A program made the translations under genes and the position numbers. DNA of 64,000 bases from a virus (lineage: Duplodnaviria > Caudoviricetes): the IMG/VR virus record IMGVR_UViG_3300033074_001936, positions 1-64,000 of that record. One strand, 5' to 3'. The notes below the pieces were generated by a model. That model did no database searches and was not told the DNA's origin. It was given only the letters and a program-made list of their open reading frames with translations. Shown one piece after another: positions 1-7,757 of this stretch (position 1 is its first letter; each line of letters opens with the position of its first letter).

Positions 1-414
1 GACGAGGAAGACGAGGGAACGAAGAAGTCGCGCGGGCGCGCGGGCGACCGCGGCAAGACCAAGACCACCAAGACCAAGTCCAGGCGCGCCGCTGACGAGG
101 ACGACGAAGAGGAAGAAGAAGTCGTCGAGGAGGACGAGGAGGAGGAAGAGCCGCGCGGGCGCCGCGCGACTTCGAGTCGCCGCGGGCGCGACGAAGAGGA
201 AGACGAAGAGGTCGAGGACGAAGAAGACGAGGAGGAAGAAGAGGAACCCGCTCCCCGCGGCAAGAAAAAGGCGGCGGCGAAGCGCGGCCGCGACGAGGAC
301 GAAGAAGAAGAGGACGAAGAAGAGGAGGAAGAAGAGGACGAGGACGAGGAAGAAGAGGAGCCCGCTCCCCGCAGCAAGAAGGCCCCCGCTCGCGCGGCGC
401 CGCGGCGCCGCTGA
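1..414 (+). CDS. C-terminal part of an Asp/Glu-rich protein with basic blocks (possibly an ssDNA-binding protein tail); 5' end outside window
   Basis: Frame 1 is open from base 1 to TGA 412-414, with poly-D/E runs alternating with K/R blocks; lies directly upstream of recA. Confidence 0.6.
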   Translation, partial: DEEDEGTKKSRGRAGDRGKTKTTKTKSRRAADEDDEEEEEVVEEDEEEEEPRGRRATSSRRGRDEEEDEEVEDEEDEEEEEEPAPRGKKKAAAKRGRDEDEEEEDEEEEEEEDEDEEEEEPAPRSKKAPARAAPRRR

Positions 415-424
415 GTAGGCGGGC

Positions 425-1462
425 ATGGCTGCGCGCGCGGAGAGCCGGCGGCAGGCCGGCGGACGAGTGGGGGGCGGGGGAAACTACTTCTCCGCCCCCG
501 CGTCCGACGTCGACTTCATCCCGACCGGGTGCCTCCTCCTCGACCTGGCACTCGGCGGCGGCTGGGCCGAGCGCAAGGTCTGCAACCTCATCGGCGACTC
601 GTCGTCGGGCAAGACCCTGCTGGCGACCGAGGCGATGGCGAACTTCCTGGTTAAGTACCCCAAGGGGAAGCCGCGTTTTCGGGACGTCGAGGAGGCGTTC
701 ATCCCGTCCTACGCCGCCACCCTCGGGGTCCCGGTCGACAAGATCGACTTCGGCAAGAAGAAGCTCCTGACGGTCGAGGACCTCCACGCCGATATTAAAG
801 AGGTGACCTCCAAGGCCCGCGGCCCCGAGATCTACGTCCTCGACTCGGTCGACGCCCTGTCCGACGAGGCCGAGCTCAAGCGCGAGTTCGGCGACGCCAC
901 GTTCGGCGGCAACAAGGCCAAGAAGATGTCGGAGCTGTTCCGGCGAATCATGGCGATGATCGAGTCGTCGCAGGTCACCCTCCTCATCATCTCGCAGGTG
1001 CGCGCCGACATCGGGCCGTTCTCGTCGGCGCGGGGGACCAAGCAGTCGGGGGGATGGGCGCTCCGGTTCTATCGGTCGCAGGCCCTCTACTTGTCGACCA
1101 AGCAGAAGATCTACAAGGTGGTCCACGGCATCAAGAAGCCCCTCGGCATCAACGTCCGCGCGTTCGTCGACAAGAATCGGGTCGGGCTGCCCTACCGCGA
1201 GGCGGAGTTCCCGATCCTGTTCGGCTACGGCATCGATGATGTGGCGGCGAGCCTGAACTGGCTCAAGGGCATCAAGAAGCTCGATGCCCTCGGCATCCCG
1301 AACAGCATCGACGACAAGGCCCTCCTCGCTATCAAGCGGCAGTACACGACCTCGGACGGCTCCCCCGAGGTCTCCCCCGAGGCGATAGCCGCGGCGGTGC
1401 GGGAGCACTGGTATGAGATTGAGGCGAAGATCTTGCCCACGCGGAAGAAGTACGGAGGTTGA
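425..1462 (+). CDS. recA: RecA/UvsX-like recombinase
   Basis: [15 protein letters not shown], Walker A GDSSSGKT, Walker [23 protein letters not shown]. Confidence 0.93.
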   Translation: MAARAESRRQAGGRVGGGGNYFSAPASDVDFIPTGCLLLDLALGGGWAERKVCNLIGDSSSGKTLLATEAMANFLVKYPKGKPRFRDVEEAFIPSYAATLGVPVDKIDFGKKKLLTVEDLHADIKEVTSKARGPEIYVLDSVDALSDEAELKREFGDATFGGNKAKKMSELFRRIMAMIESSQVTLLIISQVRADIGPFSSARGTKQSGGWALRFYRSQALYLSTKQKIYKVVHGIKKPLGINVRAFVDKNRVGLPYREAEFPILFGYGIDDVAASLNWLKGIKKLDALGIPNSIDDKALLAIKRQYTTSDGSPEVSPEAIAAAVREHWYEIEAKILPTRKKYGG

Positions 1463-1467
1463 TCGAG

Positions 1468-1914
1468 ATGGAGTTCAAGCACCTAGGCAAGCAAGTCGGC
1501 GCGGCCGCGTCCCCGGACGAGGCCGAGCTCGACCGGGTCCCCAACCCGGCCGCGGGCTCGCACTACGTCGCCCGGTTCACCTGTCCGGAGTTCACGTCGA
1601 TCTGCCCGGCGACCGGCCAGCCCGACTTCGCGCACCTGGTCATCGACTACGTCCCCGACGGGTGGCTGGTCGAGTCGAAGTCCCTCAAGTTGTTCCTGAC
1701 CTCGTTCCGCAACCATGGGGCCTTTCACGAGGCCTGCACCATGATGGTCGCGGGGCGTCTGTGCGAGCTGGTCGAGCCGCACTGGATGCGGGTGGGCGCG
1801 TTCTGGTACCCGCGCGGCGGAATAAGTATTGACGTCGCGTGGCAGTCTGGCCCGCCGCCCGAGGGGGTGCTCATTCCTGTGCTTGATGTGGCGCCCCTCC
1901 GCGGTCGCGGGTAA
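1468..1914 (+). CDS. queF: NADPH-dependent preQ0 (7-cyano-7-deazaguanine) reductase
   Basis: [16 protein letters not shown] (catalytic Cys/Asp), QueF motif [16 protein letters not shown]; GGAGG at 1454-1458. Confidence 0.93.
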   Translation: MEFKHLGKQVGAAASPDEAELDRVPNPAAGSHYVARFTCPEFTSICPATGQPDFAHLVIDYVPDGWLVESKSLKLFLTSFRNHGAFHEACTMMVAGRLCELVEPHWMRVGAFWYPRGGISIDVAWQSGPPPEGVLIPVLDVAPLRGRG

Positions 1915-1920
1915 AAAGCT

Positions 1921-1989
1921 GTGGCGGAGCGCTGGCGGACGGTGCCCGAGTTCCCGAGCTGCGCGACGGGTGGGCGTCATGTTGTCTAG
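1921..1989 (+). pseudogene. Possible NUMOD4/HNH homing endonuclease N-terminal remnant
   Basis: GTG-started 22-codon frame MAERWRTVPEFPSCATGGRHVV resembles the E-x-W-R-x-V-P-x-F-P start of NUMOD4 proteins. Confidence 0.3.
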
Positions 1990-2440
1990 TGTCCGCGTCC
2001 GCCTCGCCGAGACCGAGGAGGAGGCGCTCGCCGCGCACGCGATCCTCAGGGAGAACGTCAAGATGGTGGGCTTCGTGACCCGCGGAGCCGTCCTCGAGAA
2101 GCTCCGGCGCCGGGAGATCGCGGTCGCCCTCGCCCCGCGCAGGCTGGAGGTCTGGGGCTGCGTCTGCTTCCATGTGCGCCGCGACCGGGTGATCACGATC
2201 TACGAGATCGCGGCCGCGCGGGCCGCCGCGGGCCGCGGGGTCGGCCGCGCCCTGGTCGCCTGGTTGGCAGACGCGGGGAGGCGCCGCGGCGCAGTCGCGA
2301 TCAAGCTCAAGTGCACAGCCGACAACGACGCGGGGAACAAGTTCTACGAGCGGGTGGGCTTCACCCTGCGGCGCGAGGAGCCGGGCCGCAAGCGCGCCCT
2401 TCTCGTCTGGCGCATGGAGCTCGGGAGCTCGTTCTTATGA
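1979..2440 (+). CDS. GNAT family N-acetyltransferase
   Basis: IYEIAA..AAGRGVGRAL (acetyl-CoA motif A) and DNDAGNKFYERVGF (motif B). Confidence 0.88.
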   Translation: MLSSVRVRLAETEEEALAAHAILRENVKMVGFVTRGAVLEKLRRREIAVALAPRRLEVWGCVCFHVRRDRVITIYEIAAARAAAGRGVGRALVAWLADAGRRRGAVAIKLKCTADNDAGNKFYERVGFTLRREEPGRKRALLVWRMELGSSFL

Positions 2441-2922
2441 CCCGCGGCTGGATGGTGGTCCGGGTGCGCCCCAACTTGCTCGCGCGGGCGATCATCAACA
2501 TGGAGCGGCAAGACTACGAGTGTTACGCGCCGTACATCCGCGTGCGCGTCAAGGGCCGCTGGCGCCGCGCCGCCATGTTCCCCGGGTACGCGTTTGCGCG
2601 CGCCCGCGACGGGCGCTGGCGCTCGCTCGGCGGGACGCTCGGGGTGCTGGAGATCATCATGAGCGCGGGGGAGGCCCCGGCCCGCATCCCCGATGAGGAG
2701 ATCACCCGCCTGCGCGGCCGCGAGGGCGAGGACGGCCTCATCCACCTGGACGCGCCCCCGCTCTCCCGCGGCGATCCGGTGCAAGTTGCGGTGAGGGGGG
2801 CGGGCCTGCTCGACGCGATCTACGACGGCATGTCCGGCCGCGACCGGGAGTTCGTGCTCCTTAAGATCCTCGGCCGATGGACTCGCACCGAGGTGCGCGC
2901 GGAGGACCTGCGTCATGACTGA
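2437..2922 (+). CDS. NusG/RfaH-like transcription antitermination factor
   Basis: WMVVRVRPN, YAP, MFPGYAFAR NGN-domain motifs; KOW-like C-terminus ending LLKILGR. Confidence 0.85.
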   Translation: MTRGWMVVRVRPNLLARAIINMERQDYECYAPYIRVRVKGRWRRAAMFPGYAFARARDGRWRSLGGTLGVLEIIMSAGEAPARIPDEEITRLRGREGEDGLIHLDAPPLSRGDPVQVAVRGAGLLDAIYDGMSGRDREFVLLKILGRWTRTEVRAEDLRHD

Positions 2923-3367
2923 GCGGCGCCCCAGCGCGCGGGAGGATCGGGCGGCGGGCACGTTCATGTTGGCGGGCGAGGTTGCCGATGACCCCGAGCT
3001 GTCCCGGCTCGAGGCCGCCCTGGCGGTCGATCCTCGCGATCTCCCGCGAGCTCTTGCCGAGCAGGCGGGGAATTATTATCGGGCCGGCCTGCGCGCTGCC
3101 CGCTGCGAGGCGCTGGCGTCCTCTGCCGAGGCCGCCCGGGCGGCGGCGGAGGCGCGGATCATCATGTACCTGCGCGGGCTCCCCCACCCCCCGAGCGGGG
3201 CGGACGTGGTGGCCCGCGCGCGCCAGCACGCGGATGTCGCGGGGGCGGCACGGCGCGCCGACGCGGCGCGGGCCGCCGCCCGCGAGGCTCGCGCGCTCGT
3301 CGCCGCATTTGAGCAGCGCGCCCGCATGCTCGAGGCGCTGAGATGCCCGCAGCCCCGCCGCGGTTGA
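2915..3367 (+). CDS. Helical hypothetical protein (possibly UvsY-like recombination mediator)
   Basis: Ala-rich helical ORF overlapping both neighbours, near recA; family call is weak. Confidence 0.45.
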   Translation: MTERRPSAREDRAAGTFMLAGEVADDPELSRLEAALAVDPRDLPRALAEQAGNYYRAGLRAARCEALASSAEAARAAAEARIIMYLRGLPHPPSGADVVARARQHADVAGAARRADAARAAAREARALVAAFEQRARMLEALRCPQPRRG

Positions 3368-3612
3368 GGCTGCCCGACGGGCGATGGCGGGTGAGCGCCA
3401 ATCGCGACCGGTACTCATTGAATCTTGGAAATGGACTGCGGCTGCGAGTACTATGGGAGGGGAAGGACCGCGCGCGCCCATGGCGTGCGTATGTATTCGA
3501 CGAGGCGCTATACACCCCCTGCGCCACGGCGCGTGAGGCTCGAGCGCACGCTGTCGCCATGGCGTATAAGTACTTAGCCGAGGTCTTATTCAGGGTGAGC
3601 ACCATCAAGTGA
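3343..3612 (+). CDS. Hypothetical protein
   Basis: 89-aa ORF in operon order. Confidence 0.5.
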   Translation: MPAAPPRLRLPDGRWRVSANRDRYSLNLGNGLRLRVLWEGKDRARPWRAYVFDEALYTPCATAREARAHAVAMAYKYLAEVLFRVSTIK

Positions 3613-3688
3613 GAGACCCGGCAATTGATAAGTATTGGGGTCAGACTTGCGCCGGCATGGCCGAGGCCGAGTATGAAGATCTACATCG

Positions 3689-3877
3689 GTGATAACGACA
3701 GGGGCTCAGTACAATCTTCTCGCGCACGCGGTCAGAGTCAGAGATGGAAGAGTGACATGCAGCGAGTCTCACCCGCCCGCACGGAAGCTAATAGAGCTCG
3801 GTCTTGCCACCGGTCATGAGGGCAAGATGGGGCACTATTGGATAGGCGGGACGGAAATTGGCGGGCTAATTTCGTGA
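3689..3877 (+). CDS. Hypothetical protein (lower GC)
   Basis: 62-aa ORF filling the gap before terS. Confidence 0.35.
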   Translation: MITTGAQYNLLAHAVRVRDGRVTCSESHPPARKLIELGLATGHEGKMGHYWIGGTEIGGLIS

Positions 3878-3922
3878 TCATAACCTTTCAGAGTACCCGA
3901 AAGCTCCATTAAAAGGCTTAAC

Positions 3923-3952
3923 TTGCCTGCCGGCGCGGGCCGAAGTTAAGAT
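3923..3952 (+). promoter_or_regulatory. Candidate sigma70-type promoter upstream of terS
   Basis: TTGCCT-N18-TAAGAT following an AT-rich tract. Confidence 0.3.
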
Positions 3953-4056
3953 TGACCCTGCGGCCTCGGGCGCGCGTCGGGCGGTAGCTTGTGCGGCGCG
4001 CAAATAGTTGGCGCCCCGAGCGGAAGTTTGAAAAAGTCAGACTCAGGAGGATAGTT

Positions 4057-4584
4057 GTGATCGAGCGGGCGGTGAGCAAGAGGGTGGAGCGGCGGGGAGG
4101 AGCCCGGCCGGGCGCGGGCAAGCCCAAGGGATCGGTGTCGGAGGCGACCCGCATCGCTCGCATACGCGCCGAGCAGACCGGCGAGCTGCCGCACGAGCTC
4201 CTCCTCAAGTGGGCGCGCACGGGCCGCATGGCATTTCCGCGCCGCACCGGGAAGACGACAATCGTGGATTTGAGCCCGCAGGATCGCATCACATGCGCCC
4301 GCGCCTGCGCCGCCTACTATCGCGCCCCATATCAGGCGCGCCCCATGCCGGGCGAGCAGCCGCCGGTGGTCCGCGTCGAGCTCGATCAGGAGATGGTGGC
4401 GGCGCTGGCGGCCAAGTCCCCGGACAAGCTCGAGGTGCTGCGCGATGTCCTCAAGTCCCTGCAGTCGGGGGGAGGGGTTCTCGAGGCCGCGGCTTCATCG
4501 CGCAGCAACAGTGCGCTGGCCGGTGCCCCGAACCGCTACGGGCAGATGCTGAGCGAGACGTCGGATGTGGAGGGGCGGGCATGA
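4057..4584 (+). CDS. terS: Terminase small subunit (putative)
   Basis: RGGARPGAGKPKGS N-terminal motif; AGGAGG at 4045-4050 before GTG; upstream of terL. Confidence 0.7.
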   Translation: MIERAVSKRVERRGGARPGAGKPKGSVSEATRIARIRAEQTGELPHELLLKWARTGRMAFPRRTGKTTIVDLSPQDRITCARACAAYYRAPYQARPMPGEQPPVVRVELDQEMVAALAAKSPDKLEVLRDVLKSLQSGGGVLEAAASSRSNSALAGAPNRYGQMLSETSDVEGRA

Positions 4585-4886
4585 GCGATCCAGTCGTAGA
4601 AAAGTATCGGGACAAGACCGACCCCGAGCACGTCAGGGCGATGCAGGCGATCGGCGTGGCCCGGATGATGCTCGCGCAGCACCGCGACAGGTACCATGCG
4701 CTGGAGCGAGCCGAGCGCGAGATGCACTCGTTCGGGGGCATGATCGACCCGACGCTCTACCGGGACATGCTGTCCAGCAAGAACTTCGCGCAGCAGGTGC
4801 GCATGGTGCGGGCCGTGCTGGCCTTCCTCGAGGCGGTCGACGCGATCGCCGAGGAGGAGTGCCTTGCGGAGGGCGCGCCTACTTGA
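4581..4886 (+). CDS. Hypothetical protein
   Basis: ATGA overlap with terS; overlaps terL start. Confidence 0.6.
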   Translation: MSDPVVEKYRDKTDPEHVRAMQAIGVARMMLAQHRDRYHALERAEREMHSFGGMIDPTLYRDMLSSKNFAQQVRMVRAVLAFLEAVDAIAEEECLAEGAPT

Positions 4887-6724
4887 CCCACATCGACGCC
4901 TCGCAGGCGCTGTACGCGGTCGAGCAGGCGATCGCGGGCCGGGTCTTGCGCCGCGCGCTGCCCCCGCCGCGGGTCCTCGACCGCGCCGAGTGGCCCCCGA
5001 ACTACGCGCGGGTGCAGGCCTGGCGTCAGCAGCAGCTCACCAAGTTCGAGCAGGACCCGGGGCTGCTCGCGGAGGCCCGGGACTGGTACGCGGGCCGTGA
5101 CCTCACCACCGCCAAGTGCGCCGACCCCAAGAAGTGGGCCGAGCGCTGCTGCGCCTTCATCTGCCACTGGGTCGATACCTACGACCCGCGCAATGCCGGC
5201 AAGCCCGGCATGGCCGCGCGTATGCCCCTCATCTTGTTCCGGCGCCAGGCCGAGCTCGTCGAGTTCATCTTCGCGTGCGTGCTCGGGGACGCGCCGGGCC
5301 TCGCGGAGAAGGCCCGCGACATGGGTGCGACCTGGGTCGGGATCGGGGTCACCCTATGGATGTGGCTGTTCCAGCCCGGCACGGCGATCGGCTGGGGTGC
5401 CAACAAGCTCGAGCTCGTGGACGTCCTCGGGGACCCGGACACGATCATGGAGAGGCTCCGCCAGACCATCCGCCTCCTGCCGGACTGCTTCCGCCCGGCG
5501 GTTGAGGACGGGGTGCACCTCAAGCACAAAGTCTGCCGCAACCCGGACAATGAGTCGGTCGTGTCGGGCCAGGGCGGCAAGGAGATCGGCCGCGGGGGTC
5601 GCCGCCGCCTATACTTCGTGGACGAGGCCGCCCACGTCGACAACCCGGTGGCGATCGAAGCCTCGCTTTCCATGAACACGCGCTGCCGCATTGACATCTC
5701 CTCGGTGTCTTCCCCGGGAACGGTGTATCACCGCAAGCGACTCGCCGGCAAAGAGTGGCAGCCGGGGGCGGCAGTAGTCACTGACTGCGTTAATGTGTTC
5801 GTCATGGACTGGTCCGATCACCCGGAGAAGACCAAGGAGTGGTACTCGGAGCGCCGCCGGTTCTACGAGTCGCAGGGCACCCCCGAGGTCGTGGCGCGCG
5901 AGATCGACCGGGACTACATGGGCGCCGCGCAGGGCATCATAATCAAGTATGAGTGGGTCGAGGCCGCGGTGGACGCGCACCGGGTTCTGGGGCTCGACGA
6001 CTCGGGCGGCTGGTGGGGCGGGCTGGACGTCGCGGACGAGGGGGTCGATACCAACGCTCTAGTGCGGGGGCGCGGTATCGTGGTCCGCCACGCCGAGGAG
6101 TGGGGCGACCGCGACCCGGGGGCGACCGCGCGTCGCGCCTTCCGCCTGTGCCGGGACACCGCGCCCATCATCTTGCAGTATGATTGCATCGGGCTCGGCA
6201 CCAACATCAAGTCCGAGTTCAATCGCCTCACCCAAGACGACGCGCTCGATGTGAGTTGGATCAGCCTGACCCCGTGGAATGCCGGGGCCGCAGTCCTCGA
6301 CCCGGGCATGCCGGTGATTGCCGGGGACCATCAGTCGCCGACCAATAAGAACTATTTCGAGAACTTCAAAGCGCAGGCCTGGTGGAATGTCTCGCGAATG
6401 TTCTATCGCACTTGGCAGGCTGTGCAAGCGGCCCGCGGGGAAGCCGATGCCGCGGAGGCGGGCGAGCTTGACCCGGGCAAGCTCATATCCCTGGACTCGA
6501 AGACGATCCCCGCGGCGACGCTGACCAAGCTCATGCGCGAGCTGTCGCAGGCCACCATGGGGCAATCGAGCCGCCTCAAGCTCTTGGTGAATAAGGCCCC
6601 GGACGGCGCGAAGTCGCCGAACCTCGCCGACGCGTTGGTCATGGGCCGCTTCCCCGCCCGGCGCGGGCCGGCGGGCATGCTGCCCGCGGGAGGGGCGCTC
6701 GGTCCTAAAATGTTCATCGGATGA
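4883..6724 (+). CDS. terL: Terminase large subunit
   Basis: Walker A EKARDMGATW, GRGGR, Walker B YFVDEAAH, nuclease motifs GLDVADEGVD and SPNLADAL; TTG start at 4883 inferred. Confidence 0.92.
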   Translation: MTHIDASQALYAVEQAIAGRVLRRALPPPRVLDRAEWPPNYARVQAWRQQQLTKFEQDPGLLAEARDWYAGRDLTTAKCADPKKWAERCCAFICHWVDTYDPRNAGKPGMAARMPLILFRRQAELVEFIFACVLGDAPGLAEKARDMGATWVGIGVTLWMWLFQPGTAIGWGANKLELVDVLGDPDTIMERLRQTIRLLPDCFRPAVEDGVHLKHKVCRNPDNESVVSGQGGKEIGRGGRRRLYFVDEAAHVDNPVAIEASLSMNTRCRIDISSVSSPGTVYHRKRLAGKEWQPGAAVVTDCVNVFVMDWSDHPEKTKEWYSERRRFYESQGTPEVVAREIDRDYMGAAQGIIIKYEWVEAAVDAHRVLGLDDSGGWWGGLDVADEGVDTNALVRGRGIVVRHAEEWGDRDPGATARRAFRLCRDTAPIILQYDCIGLGTNIKSEFNRLTQDDALDVSWISLTPWNAGAAVLDPGMPVIAGDHQSPTNKNYFENFKAQAWWNVSRMFYRTWQAVQAARGEADAAEAGELDPGKLISLDSKTIPAATLTKLMRELSQATMGQSSRLKLLVNKAPDGAKSPNLADALVMGRFPARRGPAGMLPAGGALGPKMFIG

Positions 6725-6795
6725 GGATGGCAGGCCATGTCGCGAAAGCCGACCATCGCGCTGACTTGTGATTGAATTTTCAGGTGGGCTAACCA

Positions 6796-6978
6796 ATGAT
6801 CTCCGATTTGATTGTTAATCCAAACCTTCAGTTGGTTTTGATCTGGGCGCCGCCGGCTGTGCTATTCTTGCTCGGGCTATATTACTTTTTGAGGTCGGGA
6901 CCGATTTCCGGCAGCCCGCAGGCGATTGAGTCCAACGCAATGGGTAAGCCGTCATCGAATGCATGCTTATCCGGTTAA
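6796..6978 (+). CDS. Small membrane protein
   Basis: One hydrophobic segment; low GC. Confidence 0.4.
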   Translation: MISDLIVNPNLQLVLIWAPPAVLFLLGLYYFLRSGPISGSPQAIESNAMGKPSSNACLSG

Positions 6979-7004
6979 CACACACAAACGCTGAGGCATA
7001 CTAG

Positions 7005-7394
7005 ATGTTGATCCCGTTTGTTGATCGAGATGGTGCCACGCACTTCACCTGTGAGGATTGCGGGCGCTCAGTCCTCGCAGCCTACGAGACTAAGACCTGC
7101 GTTTGTCTGTCTTGCCAGTTTGTCCGCGACCACTCTCTGTCAGAAAAACCATTACAACCTTCGGACAGAGCTGGTTTTGGTTGGATCAATTCTGCCTTAG
7201 CCGCCGGCAGCACGCCCTACCCCTGCGATGTCATTAGGATGGAGGGCGAGAACGAGGTTCTTGAACTGTACGGGCCCTGGTTCCCCGAAGAGGCTTGTCC
7301 CGGCCACGTCGCCAGCAAGAGCGATCCAAAGGTTTGCGGTCGATGCGGCATACATATCGACAGCCTTCGACCCCCTGAAGAGGATGAGCCATGA
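7005..7394 (+). CDS. Cys-rich hypothetical protein (possible Zn-binding)
   Basis: CEDC, CLSC, CPGH, CGRC motifs. Confidence 0.55.
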   Translation: MLIPFVDRDGATHFTCEDCGRSVLAAYETKTCVCLSCQFVRDHSLSEKPLQPSDRAGFGWINSALAAGSTPYPCDVIRMEGENEVLELYGPWFPEEACPGHVASKSDPKVCGRCGIHIDSLRPPEEDEP

Positions 7395-7579
7395 AAAATC
7401 CGCTGCCTTACCCCTTGCGCGCCACTCGTATCTCTCTGGAGCTAAACCCCTTTGGTTTCTGGCTTCTGCCAAGCGCGAGCTTTCGACGCGACCTAACCGA
7501 AGTCGCCAAAGCCGACGGCGAAACTATCTGGTGGGTTCGATGGGCATGGTTCCAACTCAGTTTTGGTCGCTGGCGATGA
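7391..7579 (+). CDS. Hypothetical protein
   Basis: ATGA overlap; aromatic-rich 62 aa. Confidence 0.5.
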   Translation: MKNPLPYPLRATRISLELNPFGFWLLPSASFRRDLTEVAKADGETIWWVRWAWFQLSFGRWR

Positions 7580-7757
7580 CCACAATATCTAGGGCTGTGT
7601 GTCTAAACCGGATAAGCATGATCGAATGGTGGTGGAAACCCTTCCATCACGTCACGCAATCAAAGCGGTGGAATCACGGCCCATACAGTCAGTGGCGGCC
7701 CATCGTGCGGCCCGGCGCCCGTTGACGTACCTCCGGGATAGAAAGGATAACTTGCAC

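Noticed and set aside
1-414. GAG/GAA/GAC-rich repeats as a DNA repeat element
   Set aside because: Explained by poly-Asp/Glu coding in frame 1
3909-3921. CtrA box (TTAA-N7-TTAA) upstream of terS
   Set aside because: Spacing is 5, not 7
4565-4882. N-terminal extension of TerL in the ORF track
   Set aside because: Overlaps the better ORF 4581-4886 and reads as off-frame sequence; TTG 4883 preferred
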